Assembly (NCBI GenBank): GCA_964106915.2
Contig: OZ066918.1
Reading direction: 5' to 3' (one strand)
Length of the DNA stretch: 64,000 bases
Origin: Podarcis gaigeae
Taxonomy: Eukaryota
The notes under the pieces were generated by a model that did no database searches, had not been told where the DNA came from, and saw nothing but the letters and a program-made list of their open reading frames with translations. This document shows, piece by piece, positions 49,571 to 62,179 of this stretch. The stretch's first letter is position 1; each line of letters begins with the position of its first letter. The translations under genes and the position numbers were made by a program.

Positions 49571-50632
49571 GGGGCTTGAACACAAAGTTAATTACTCTAG
49601 CTCCCCACCTGAACAGCACGTGAATGAAGTCCACTGTTGAACATGTGCATTTCTGGATTAGGACCCATCTATTCAGAACCTAATGGCATTTAATTTACTA
49701 GGTAAGAGTGTGCAGTATTTGAAACATGAATGAAAAATTAAATGAGCCTCATTTACTCATCTGTTATTATAGTAAATGGGAATTTGAATGAAAATTAAAG
49801 TTCTTACTCCGTTTTCAGCTGCATTGCTTTAGAGGCATTGCTTTTGCATTGAAGAAGTCTATGCACAGTTCAGAGAAATGTCACAGTAAGGGGGAAAGAG
49901 AGAGACCAGTGAAAGCTGTGTTCAGTTCACAGAGCATCTAGCCTGTGCCTCAGCATGCTTCTAAGAACCTATAAAATGGGGACCCATTCAGTGGGTCTAA
50001 TGCCCTGGGGAGGTAGTAGATTGCATACCAACTGGATAGAAAACATCCAAGTTAAAAGAGAAAACTGCCTGGGGTCTTCCACTGTAAGCAATGGGAAAAC
50101 AAATAGAAAATTAAACAAAAGAAACATTAAAAGTGACAATGAACCAGAAAACAAAACTATTCCTCACACACCCCTAGGTGTTTAGAAATGTGTGCCATGT
50201 AATTTTACTAGCCACAATTGTTTGTAAAATAAGAAGTGTGCTCCCCACAGAAGTGATGCCAAAGGGATATTATTAAATGCATTTTCTATAAAACATCTCT
50301 TCTAGAGGCAATATTTTTTCTCATGCAGAATAGCAGCATCAACTATACACAGCATTTTAATTATGAATTCATCATTTGAAGACATGGTGCTAGTTTCTAT
50401 GGCATAGTGTCCTAAAATATGAAGCCCTGGGCTGAAGTTTCCCAAAGCACCTTCTCATATTAAAATACATTCTAGGGAAATATGAAAACTGACTGGCAAA
50501 ATCTGCCGAGCCTAGGAGATGTTTGTGTTGTTACAGTACTTTAAGCCTTTGGCTATCCTACCCCACTATGTCTCTATTTTTAAAGAATTGCTTTCTCCCC
50601 CTCACCCCATCCTTCTCATATATCAATATGCC

Positions 50633-50686
<54 letters not shown>
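50633..50686. repeat. (AAT)n microsatellite
   Basis: Perfect trinucleotide run. Confidence 0.95.
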
Positions 50687-51487
50687 TAAAATACGTTAAT
50701 TCATCTTTTGATATCTCCATTGCTATTGTGGATGCAACAATGCAGAGCTTCACCTCTGATTTTAGATACTATGTGAAAGCAAGATATATAGCCACAAATA
50801 CCTTGTTCCAAAGCCACATATATTCACTTATCTGCTCATGTGGGGCTTCTGTCCCTACACTCTGCCTCAATCAGCTGAGTAGAGGCAGCAAATATTTTAC
50901 TGGGAAGGAAATACACATGCAGACCTACTTCCTCTCTTCAGATAACGGAGGGAACTATTCAGGGAAGAGGAGCTCCTTGATCACAAAGAATCAGAACCAG
51001 ATCAAGGAGAATGTGTCTTGCATGAAATCTCCAGACAATGCCGGTCCTGTCTCTTTCCTATGTTACTGCATATTATGTCTTGCCCCAACTGCTGAAACAA
51101 ATGTTATCTCTCTCTTTTTATACTGTAGCTGTGGAGGAGACTGGATTTGATGGGAACCTTGCAGAATGAATGCAGCCTGTTTCTAGCCATGATTGTGCAA
51201 AAAGACTTAACTCCAAAGTAAGTGGGCATATGACTACAGCCTTAGTTTATAATTTTCTTATCTACTTATGGCCATTGGGCAGCTGTGGGGAACCTTCAAA
51301 TGTTGCTGTGCCGTCATTCTGATCTTCCCTGACCCAGACTGGTCATGGTGGCTGTGGGTGATGGAAATTAAGCAACTTCTAAAGGGCCAAAGGTTCCCTT
51401 CTCTGCTATAGGACATGAAAGGTAGTACCAGATGTTCTCTTCACACAACTTATACTGGAATAGATGCAATGAACTCAACGGAAGACA

Positions 51488-51488
51488 A

Positions 51489-51550
<62 letters not shown>
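51488..51550. repeat. Compound (AC)n(AG)n microsatellite
   Basis: Adjacent dinucleotide runs. Confidence 0.95.
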
Positions 51551-51553
<3 letters not shown>

Positions 51554-54552
51554 GTCTTGTCAGATCCTGGTTCAAATGATCTTATGGTGCCACAGTAGGA
51601 AAGGGCTCCTGCCTTGAGGGGCATAAATTAACTTTCCATGTCCTACTTCCAAAGGCAGAGATAAATCATACGGTTGTCCCATCTACATCTGGTTCTCCTT
51701 ATGTCATGGCTATGGAGTTTGAGGCTTTGTGCTCATTTTTTAAAAATGCTTTGCAAGTGGTTGACACTGCAGAGGGCCAGATGCAAGTTACTAGTGGAAT
51801 GGGAAGCTCTTTAGGGATTTGAGTGCAGTTAAGAGAGCACAGATGAGCACCTCGAGGTGGCAAGACAAAAAGCAAGACACAATGATTTTTGGTTGGGGGG
51901 GTTGGGAAAAAATGCTAATTTATGTGGGCCAAGACTAGTATGAGGAAACTCTTAGGAACTATAGCTTCTATTTTTGGTTTGTGACTAGGTGAGTCAGTTT
52001 TCCTTTATGCAAGGGACTGCTACAATCCACCTGCATTGTTTTTTATCCTGAAGTGCCTGTAACCTATCACATGGTACAATATCCATTGCCTTGATAAGGG
52101 TCAACTTAGATTGACAACCAACAGCAAAGTGCTTGCTGGCTCCCAGCCAGTGAGGAGTTGGCTGTGTGCAAATATTCAAAGTGGCATTTGCAGTAACATT
52201 CCAGCAGTTGGATCCAGTTAATGCAATGGCGGCCCATGACCAAGCCAGCATGGGCAGTGGGCCAAACCAGGCAGGCTTTTCTTTTGAACACCACATGCTC
52301 AGGTGGTCATGTGTCCAAACATAGGCAATTTTAAATGAGGCCTTTTCTGCACATCCAGCAACAAGGACACTAAATTTCAAGAGGTGCCATTGCTTAGTAT
52401 TGCACATCACAATATCTTTACAGATCATGAGTCCTAGGGGCAAGTTGACTAGGAATGCCTGGATGGGGGGAAACCAGTTATCTATATTCTCTGGAGCACA
52501 CCTGCATGAGGCAGGTGTCGATGAGGTGGTTCAGCAGCCACTGTGCTGATCCCCGTAAACTTGTGCCTCTCCAGGTGATGCTGTACTACAATTTCCCCAT
52601 CCTTATTGTAAACTGTGGATTAGCTAGGTCCAGCACAGGCTGAAGCACCCGCAAGTGCTCAGACAGCAAGTACTAGAAGAATCAGTCCAGTCCAGGAATA
52701 TTACCATGCTGGGTATACTTCAAACAAGAGTCTCCTAACTTTTTCCTTACAGGCAGCGGCTGCTAGGTGTTGCAGGGAACTGGGTCTTTTAGAAATGCTG
52801 TGCCCCAATCCTCTGTATTAAAGGGCTTTCTGCCTTCCCGATATGAGTTGGCCATCATTATATTTACAGCCTCAATGCTATACAGGCAACTCTCCATTTG
52901 CACAGGGGTTGCATCCCACAGTGAAAAACGGTGCGCACACAACATGGGAATTGCCTGTACATTTAGCCTGGCGTGACTCTGATGAGGGCAAAACTGTCCA
53001 CTAAGTTGGTGAAGCGAAACACTTTTCATTGAGGGAAATGAAAATCTCAGACATCAGTAATCTGCTGTCCCTTTCCAAATGCTTTCTTAATCTACCTCTT
53101 TCCTTACCTAACTGTTTCTGGTGTTCATATTAGGGAGCTGAGGCTGATGAACTGGGCTGTGGGTTTCTCCCAGCTGGGGTATTTGGTGGCATTTCAGAAG
53201 TAGTTAGCCCACTTGGTGCCAGGTGACGATAAGCTGCAGTCCCGGATGCATGTGGGATTTGTCAAATGGAGCACAGAAGATAGTGGAGCTGCTGAAGAAT
53301 GAGGCCTTGTTATTTGTCCATCGCAGCACAATCAGCTGCAGCAAGGCATGGAGGGAAACGCCAAGAATTCAGTCAAGCCAGGTAGATTCACAGTGCTGGG
53401 AGCAAAAAAAGGCCAAAACAATTGTCCTTCACATGTTGGGAAGAATACTTTAAAAATCCTTCATAAAACCAAATAAACATTTTTTTAAAAACTAAGACAA
53501 ACTGCTTCAGGTCTCTCTTTTTTCATGATAACAAAATAGATGCAGCTCTGTGTCACACATTCAGCTTGGCCAAAGGTTATTAAATTACCGATGCTTTTAC
53601 GTTCCTTAAAAGCAGAGACAGATGTTCAGTGTCCTGATAAAAGGCCTTGTGTGCCTTCTTCCTTATGGCTTCTAAAATGCACTCCATCATTTGCAGAAAA
53701 CAGGTGTGAAGGCACCCCTTTGGCCATTGAAAAAGCCGTCTGGTGCAATGCTTTAAAAAGAAGGAGGAAACCAGTGGGTTTGGGAAAGCAGCAGGGGGAA
53801 ATGCTCATAAAGGATGCAGTGTCATGCTGTAGCACTATCAGCAGCTGCTTCCAGGGGTGGGGAGAACAGACTGGGGTGGAAAGGAAGAGAGCATTTATAG
53901 AAAGTAGAACTTGAAGGCTGTCAGTTAACAGTGAGACTCCTGTATGCAGCACAGTACAAGAAGCACCCAAAGATCACCTTCCTTAGCACCAGCATACGCC
54001 ACATTCCCTTGGGATCCAGCTGCCACTGATGTGCATTTGTGGCAGAGGCAGTTCCTTCCCATCGGAATAGACACTTGCAAGATATATTTCTATGGGGGGA
54101 GGCTATGCCTCTTGCTCTGGCAAGTGGTTCCAGTGCTCACATGGCTTGTTCTTTTTCTACTCCACTTAAACGTCCAAAATGTTGAATTCATTCACATAAT
54201 GAAACTGCTAACATACCCAAGAAAATCTGATTATTCTGCATCATTTGATCCTTGCAGGAAGGTGGGTGAGTGGAGCCAGAACTAGGGAAAGAGGAGGAAT
54301 GCAATTCAACCTTTCTTGACAGATGCACATCAGATTGTTGTCAGTAGCTCTCTGCTAGATGCCAAGGAAGGAAGGAAATGTTTAGACCTCAAATTTCTGG
54401 GATTTGCCCACATGTAGCAACATTCAGAGTTAGTTGCACAGGGAAGGATGGGAATTTTGGCAAGCTGGACAGCCCCTCCCCACCCTGTTCTGTTGAGTTG
54501 TCATGAGAGAGCATGTCCCCTGCTGCCCCTACCCTTTTCCCGCCATCCTGCT

Positions 54553-54794
54553 CTAGGTGCTGCGATAGGTCTTGATGATGTCCTTGATGGCACGTCTGCA
54601 GATAGGACAACAGGCATTGGCCATCTTCTTGAGTTTGAGCCCGCAGGTGTAGCACAGACACATATGTCCACAGGAGTAAATCACAGTATCCACCATGTTC
54701 TCATAGCAGATGGTGCACTCGTCATTCCAGGACCCTGAGATGGAAGGGGAAAGGGGGGACTCTGGCATGCTGACGGGAGAGTTTGGAGCTGTAC
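54553..54794 (-). CDS. NEURL1: NEURL1 (neuralized E3 ubiquitin ligase 1) terminal coding exon, RING finger
   Basis: Minus: ttgcag|GTACAGCT..; (G)[74 protein letters not shown]; C3HC4 RING; known tail-to-tail synteny with SH3PXD2A. Confidence 0.96.
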
Positions 54795-55869
54795 CTGCAA
54801 TACAAGAAATGCTGTCACTCTTTTATATGTCTTCATCTCTACCCAGGGACAAGATTGCTGGTCCAACACATCATATTCTAGAGGTTAAGACAATGAGAGA
54901 GAGAACATCAGCCCACACACCCCTTTTGTAACTCCAAGATGCATCTGTCTGACCACTATCAGGATGGCCAATACTGTGCCAGATGGACCATTCATGGATT
55001 CCAATGTGTCACTCAATGTACTCAATTTCCTGCAGAGGTCAAGATTATCCCTCCCCCCCCCCTGCAGTTTCTACTAAAATGTGATAGCCAGCCATGACTC
55101 CAGAATGTGGTATCCTCCCCCTATTGCTAGTAGATTTCCCTAGCTCCTGTAGTCTTTTCATCCATCCACCTCTCCGTCAGTGTCAAATATATTCCAAAGT
55201 CACCGATGGCTTGGATCTTGGAAGCAAAACCCATTTGTGCCAAAGAAAGAGGTGTAAACAAATTAGTGCAATATAGTCTAGTCTCAGAGTCTGGGGGCTC
55301 GTTGGGCATGTAAATTGGATTTGAATGTGTAACCTGCACACAAACATGCAATAGCAGAAGTGTTACTTTTCTCCCATAAGAGGATTTGGTTCTCTGTCCG
55401 TGTCTGTAAGAACAGAAGTACAAAACTGCATCTCCAGACAGCTGTCTCATTGGTCTGTTGGGGTGGAGGGTATCTCTTCAAAGTGATGAACGCTGGGCAT
55501 TGATAAATTTCTAGAGAACAATAATTTGCCACAAGGCCACTTCTAAAACCCTACATCCATTATCTGTGTGAAAGTATGATGCTGCGCCTGCAGAGGAGTA
55601 GAAACAGGTTCCAGACCTGCCTCTGGCCTTGGGCATGCGGCCCAGCCCTACTTATAGATGTCAATGTGCTTGGTGTAATTGTCTGCAAGGAAGAAGCAGC
55701 TGCACATTTATAGGGGTTCACACGATCCAAACACCTGCTTGCCAGTGTCCCGAGTGCACGCAAGCCTAAGCACAAGCTTAGTGTAAGTCAGACCTTGTTT
55801 ATGTGCGAGGGATAAACAACGGCAGGCAGTGTGTCTGATCATTGGGGTCCACTCATCAAAATTCAAGTA

Positions 55870-56155
55870 CAAACATAAGCAAAGCCTCCTGGATCAGTCC
55901 AGTATCCTGTTCTCACAGTGCCTGTGGGAAACCTGCAAGTAGGACCCGAGAACAAGGTCACCCTTCCTTCCTGCAGTTTCCCGCAACTGGTATTCAGAAA
56001 CATTACTGCTGCCAACTGTGGAGGAAGAACCAACAGGGCTTGCATCTAGACTTGTGTCTCAACTAAAGGATCCACGACAGATGGCCATCCAACCTCTCCA
56101 AGGAAGGAGTGTCCACCACCACCTGAGAGAATCCATTCCACTGTTGAACAGCTTT
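55870..56155 (-). mobile_element. Degenerate CR1 3' fragments
   Basis: aacataag..ctggatcag..tccagtatcctgtt and gacagatggccatccaacctct..ggaaggag..ccaccacc..ttccactgttgaacagct are typical of reversed CR1 3' regions. Confidence 0.55.
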
Positions 56156-56412
56156 CTCGGAAGCTTACAATATTATATTAAAACAGAATATCACCAATAT
56201 AGCACCATTATAAAATCTAAAAATCACTTTTAAAACAAAGAAAAGAGGAGAGGAATTTTGCAATGACAAATGAGCAGAGATTGAAGCCTGCCCCAAAGTG
56301 CAGCTCCTGCACTTCTTGGGGCAGGAAAGGAAAATGAATTTAGGAAGGGCTCTTACAAGATGCGGTAATTGAGGTTGGAAGGGGTATAGTTTGGTGCTGT
56401 AGAAGTACTTAC

Positions 56413-56559
56413 CACTGACTGAGCTGCCAAGTGGGCCAGATCCACATGTACTCAGAATGGGATCAGAAATGCCACTGCAGAGGACGGAGGGAGTGTTTGG
56501 AGATGAGGTGGGTGAGCTTGGTGCAGAGGGGCCCAGTCGCTCAGCCAGGAGAGTAGAAC
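56413..56559 (-). CDS. NEURL1: NEURL1 penultimate coding exon (Ser/Pro-rich linker)
   Basis: Minus: ctgcag|GTTCT..CAGTG|gtaagt; 147 nt, phase 1-1; (G)STLLAERLGPSAPSSPTSSPNTPSVLCSGISDPILSTCGSGPLGSSVS; in frame with the terminal exon. Confidence 0.93.
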
Positions 56560-56607
56560 CTGCAGAAGGAAGTGAAATGCTGGTATAGTTTCAGTTTTTT
56601 ACTGAGA

Positions 56608-56910
56608 GGTAGTGTGACATTGTGATCAGAGAGGCCCAGGTTCAAATCCCTGCCACAACAACAGTGGCGTAGCGTGGGTTGTCAGCACCCGGGGCAAGGC
56701 AAGTAATTTGCACCCCCTAACCCATGGATTTGCGCCCCTTAACCCTAACCCCCAGATTTTGCGCCCGGTGCGGCCGGCCCCCCCGCACCCCCCACGCTAC
56801 GCCACCGCACAACAACTCACTGGTTGTTTCTGGAGCAGTCACTCTCTCTCCCAGCCTATCCTATCTCACAGGGTTATTATTAGGAGAAAGTGGGAGAAAG
56901 AGAACCATCT
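56608..56910 (+). mobile_element. Old tRNA-derived SINE remnant (MIR/Squam3-like) hosting a hAT MITE
   Basis: B-box-like ccaggttcaaatccc at ~56637-56650; continues after the insert with ctcactgg..cagtcactctctctcccagccta..ctcacagggtt. Confidence 0.55.
56662..56807. mobile_element. Short hAT MITE (146 bp), same family as 25319-26119
   Basis: CAGTGGCGTAGCGTGGG ... CCCACGCTACGCCACcG; exact 8-bp TSD CACAACAA at 56654-56661 and 56808-56815. Confidence 0.92.
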
Positions 56911-57416
56911 ATAGGTCATCAACCTTTTTGGACTAGTGGCAACACTTTGAATGTTTAAAGAGTGCTGGGAGCGCCGGTCATAAAATGGTTACTCTAGGGA
57001 GGGAATGTAGCATAATATAAAATTCGAGAGACAACCAGCCCTGACAACCTTATGCTTACCATGGGAAAACAGCTATGTCCTGCTGGCCATGGCAATGGAA
57101 ATTACACAATACTTTAGACGCACACAGAAAGAGAGAGAGAAACCCACACTGAGGCTGTCGCTGTCTAACAGCAACAGGGGGCATTCATCAGTATCAGGAA
57201 AAAATACACAAGGTCACCACACTACACTGACTCTCATTTCACAAAAATTGCTCAGAAAGTATTTGCACTTTTTATCTCACAACTTTCTTTCTGGGAGGGC
57301 AAGAGACTTAGCTATTCTTTTCCTGAAAGCTCAGAGTATTGGTCACCTGCCCAGGGGCACCACTGAAAGCCTTCCTGGGCACCATGGAACCTGTGGGCAC
57401 ACGGTTGGCAACCCTG
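56910..57416. mobile_element. Possible old hAT (Charlie-like) MITE
   Basis: Left ggtcatcaaccttttt and right ggttggcaaccctg resemble decayed CAGGGGT..CAAC termini; no clean TSD. Confidence 0.35.
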
Positions 57417-58289
57417 ACCTACACAGAGAAAGAAGTGGGTTATAAATAAACCAACACATTATACATGTAAAATAGTAAGATTTGACATTGACATTAGCTA
57501 GTTAAGCAATTCTGGGCAAGAGCCTGGAATCCTAACTAGGGATTTGAACTGCTGGCACCATTATTATTTGGTAAGATACCCACCCATGCTGCTTTGCACA
57601 GCTCCTTTTTTGGCTAGCAGGAAGCCCCAGTGGCTGGGACGAGGCGGCTGGTGGAACTACAAGTATTGAGATGTGTGTTATTCTAGATATCTGAGCTGTG
57701 GAGTGAGAAATAACTGTCATACCCAAGGCTCAGAAGACCAGAGGTTTGCGTCAAAACACCCTGTGAACAGTATCTGCATTCTGTTTGCTCTAAACACATC
57801 AATCACACATTGTGCTTCTGTTGCCCAGCACTCACTTATTTCTGTTTACATGGAAACAATCGCCATGACACAAGCCTCACGTAATTGCATACTTAAAAAA
57901 AGAAAAAAAGTCAAATGAACAGAATGAGCATGGCATCAGGTGTGACGAAGAAACAGAGTGACAAAGAGAGAAGGCTCCAAAGCACAGTGGCAGAGTGTAT
58001 GTTCTGTGCGCAGAAAGACTCAAATTCAGTCCCTGGTATCTGCAGTTTAAAAGGATCAGGTAAAAGGTAACGCGAAGAAGGTCTCTGTCAGTGACCCTGC
58101 AACACCATTGACAGGCAGACTAAATAGGCAATGCTGGACCAGATGCACAGGTATAAGGCAGCTTCCTATGTTCCTAAAGAACAGTTTTGGCCTCCGTCTC
58201 AGCAAGGAGGTGCACAGGCTAATGTCCTTGCAACAGGAGCTTAGCCATCTAAGAAGTGAGTGTTAAACTGGACCATAAGAGGCATCATG

Positions 58290-58700
58290 GGGTAAATTTA
58301 TACCAGGTGCAGATGACCTTCTCTACAGAACCCCTGGGAGTTAAGATCATCTGAGGGTTCCTCTTAGTTGTTCCAGAGGTTTATGGGGTGTGTAGCAGCC
58401 CAAGAGAAGACATTCTCAGTGGCCACCCCTAAACTGTGGACCTCTGCCCCCACAGAGCCATATCTGCTGTCTTCATTATACAACTTTTGGTGAATGCTGA
58501 AGATGCACCTCAGGCTTACATCTCAGGCTTTTGACGCCTGAGATGTATATTTTTAGGACCCACCTTGTTTCTGTGATTGCAAGTTGATTTACACTGTTTC
58601 TAACATTGTGTCTTAATTGTAGCCCACCCTGGGACTTTAGGGTGAAAGGCAGGAAATTAATATTACCAATACTATTACTACTACTAATAATAATAATAAT
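58290..58700 (+). mobile_element. Degenerate L2 3' end
   Basis: ttaagatcatctg..cattctcagtggccacccctaaactgtgga (LRSS..FSVATPKLW) then an L2-type 3' tail and (TAC/TAA)n. Confidence 0.65.
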
Positions 58701-59383
58701 ACAACACTATGGTGGAACAAATCCCATACTCTTTCAAATTCTCCTTTTTACATTCATTTTAAAGGAAAAGAGGCATCTCAAAAGTCTGGGCTTGGCAATC
58801 CTAACAGAGAACTGAAAGCAGCAGTCCCAAATCCATTCCTGAACCCTATTTTATAGGCCAGGGGAGGCAACGGGGTCCAAGCTGTATTCCAACATTTGTT
58901 CTTTGGAAACAAACCTTATGACAATATTAGGCTTTATGGTAACTGTTTCAGCTCTTTGCCATTGCTGGTTTAGCAATCTGCTATGTTGATTTTGCCATTT
59001 TTAAGGGGATATAAATGGCAATAAAATAAGTAATGCTTCCCATGTAACACTGCAAAATGCCAAGGTCATTGAGGACAACGTTCTGAGGAAAGGCAGCTGT
59101 TTCTAATGGACCGTTACTCAATGTCAGATTTTGGCTAATCATGGCAGAATCCTTGGCTATTTTGTTCTGGCAGCCAATGCAGCTCTGCTCTGTGTGTGTG
59201 TGTATGTGTGTGTACTGATTAGCATTAAGTTCAGTAAAGTGGGTGGGCAGGATGGGCAGAGAGAAAGGGGGAAGCAATAGCTTCTGGCTCAAATGCTGAG
59301 CAGGCTGACCATTCCCAACCAAGTTCACAGGCAGATTTTGTTTTCATTGTAAGGCAACTGTGTATCTCCATTAGAAAATACTA

Positions 59384-59634
59384 CAGTGGTACCTCTGGAT
59401 GCGAACGGGATCCGTTCCAGAGCCCCGTTCGCATCCTGAAGCGAAAGCAACCCATGTCTGCGTGTGCTCAGATCGCGATTTGCCACTTCCGCGCATGCGC
59501 GTGACGTCATTTTGAGCGTCTGTGCATGAGTGAGCGGTGAAACCCGGAAGTAACACACTCGTTACTTCCGGGTCACTGTGGAGCGTAACCTGAAAATGCT
59601 CGACCTGAAGCACATTTAACCTGAGGTATGACTG
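59384..59634. mobile_element. Tc1/mariner-type MITE, internal type C
   Basis: TA|CAGTGGTACCTC ... GAGGTATGACTG|TA; CpG-rich interior. Confidence 0.8.
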
Positions 59635-61818
59635 TACTTCCATGAATCCTGTATTGCTCCAATTGGAAAAAAAACAAACTGTTTATATGTAATGGAACAG
59701 TGTTGTTTTAACCAGGCTCTTCAGTGCATTGAAGGTCTTTGGCATGTGCACGAGAGGCCCATCAATGCAGTACTTTCTTGAAGGTGCCTAGAGCAAAATG
59801 TGGAAGCCACTCTGACTGCCACAATTCATAATGTGCAACACAGGAAGCCACTGGCCCATATGGTTCAGCATTGTTGACACTGAGTGGCAGTTCTCCAGGG
59901 TCTCAGACAAAGATATTTTCCAGAGCTACCTACAGATGCCAGGGATTGAACCAGAGACTTCTTGCATGAAAAGTAGGTGCCCTACTACGAAAACAATGGG
60001 ACAGTATGGTCAACTCAGGGCCATCTGTGGTGCTGCAGTTCCTTCTTTTCTCTGTGCATCCCGCTTACTGCTTCCAGGAAACTTGAGGCTTTCTTAGACG
60101 TTTTAGAGTTTCTTCTCAACCACCACTATTATCAGTGTCATGGGATGGTCTGCTGCAGCCCTGTGCGTAACCCTGTGTAAACAGGCCTGTTTGCACCAGT
60201 GACTGCTATCTGAATGTTCTTGGAGGCAGCCTACCCCACACCCATTCCTCCAATCTGTTCAAATGAAGGGAATTGCATTGTATATTGTAAACACCCTAGC
60301 AAGAGAACAGATCTCATATACACACAACAAAGAGAGAGACATTAAACAGCAGCCAAGAAGTATACAAAACAAAAGGCTTCCTCTCATATTTTTGACCTAA
60401 ATGAAGCTCCATACGCAGGGAGCAGCATGGGTTATATGTCCGTGCATCAGAGAAATACCAATTTGTCTATCTTGTGGCGACGGCAGCAGCAGGAATGCTG
60501 GGCAGCTTCACACAGTGGAATCAAGGAGCCTCCATTTTAAGTCCCCATAATGTTCCCAATGTACTGTAGCTTCAGGGCATTCTGGGAAATTAAAATGGCA
60601 GCCCATTTCCCCTAAAAGGGGGGGAAATTCTAGCAAATTAACATGGTGATTCCCAGATCCAGGACGGGCCTCAGTGGTGGGTTTTGTCAGATTGCTAGGG
60701 CAAACCACGCCCACATTCCCCAAAGGAAACTGCTGATTCTGCCCCCACACCCACTCTAGCATGGAGGGTAGCAGGGCTTCAATCTTTTACCTCTCATTGT
60801 GGTCCTGATCTAGCATTCATGAAAAAAATGGTGTTCAGTGGCAGCTGTGATTGCCACTGCTGCCAGGAACATACTTCCTAGACTCTGCTGAGATTCAGTT
60901 AGAGATGTACTGTACTCATTCATACACATGCAGTCAAAGTGCTTGTTGACATTTTCAAATATTTTATATACACAAAGAGCTGGAACCCATGCTCCAGGCT
61001 GATTGCTCAGAGAGATCTTAAGCTGCCAAGATGGCAGAACTTATGATGTCCAAGAAGGTGCAAGTAATATTTTTAGAGCACTGAGGCCTCTGTGCTCTCA
61101 GTCCAAACAGGTATGTTTCTTCTCCAGGGTGGAACTCTGGGAGGAAACATGGAAAACACACACACCAGATCTGCAAGCTTGAATAAGAACTTGGCTATGC
61201 ACAGTACAAGGTGGCTAGCCTCTCAAGTCCACTGTCACAAAAACTCTCCACGCAGCCCTCCATCCTTGGATTAGCTTTGCGCTTTGAGAAAGTTAATAAG
61301 GGATGAATGAATGGCTAAAAGCATGAAGTTTGGACAATGATTTTTTCAATGCAAAAGATGTAAACCTGCTGACAGCACAAGGAAGGGGCTAGATTGGTTG
61401 CTGAGACAGCATTCAATCCACTGGTACAGTGGCAAGGCCAGGTTCACTGGGATGCACTGTGTGAGCTATCTTTATCTGATTATGATTAGCATTAATGTAT
61501 GAATAACCTTTCACATAAGTCTCAAAAGTGGGGATAAAACATTGCCCTGCAGAATCCCATAGCATAACTGTCAGGTGGCTAACAAGCACTTTCCCAATGC
61601 TCAGTCCCATAGGTAAAATCAGAACACAACTTGTTCTTAATATATTCCCTCTTCTCTTGTATCCTTTTGGGCAATAATGCCTTCATGATGAGCTTATCCA
61701 TGCTTACGCATGCTTACTTAGGCGCTTGTCAAGAGCGCCTGCCTGCCCATGAGGTATGCTGAGGCAGCTGCTTCAGGTGGCCAAAGTTTATGAATAAACG
61801 TAGTTTAAATGGCCATTC

Positions 61819-62179
61819 GGGAAGCAGGTGGCGCTGTGGGTTAAAGCCTCAGCGCCTAGGACTTGCCGATCGAAAGGTCAGCGGTTCGAATCCCTGCGGC
61901 GGGGTGCGCTCCCGCTGCTCGGTCCCAGCGCCTGCCAACCTAGCAGTTCGAAAGCACCTCCAGGTGCAAGTAGATAAATAGGGACCACTTACCAGCGGGA
62001 AGGTAAACGGCGTTTCCGTGTGCGGCTCTGGCTCGCCAGAGCTGTGATGTCACGCTGGCCACGTGACCCGGAAGTGTCTTCGGACAGCGCTGGCCCCTGG
62101 CTTCTTGAGTGAGATGGGCGCACAACCCCAGAGTCTGTCAAGACTGGCCCGTATGGGCAGGGGTACCTTTACCTTTACC
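61819..62179 (+). mobile_element. Sauria SINE, full length
   Basis: GGGAAGCAGGTGGCGCTG..(ACCTTT)n; 15-bp TSD TTTAAATGGCCATTC at 61804-61818 and 62180-62194. Confidence 0.93.

Larger units (their letters stand above)
47990..54552 (-). other. NEURL1: Probable 3'UTR of NEURL1 (end inferred)
   Basis: Region between the NEURL1 stop codon and the candidate poly(A) signal; no recognisable coding exons. Confidence 0.4.
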
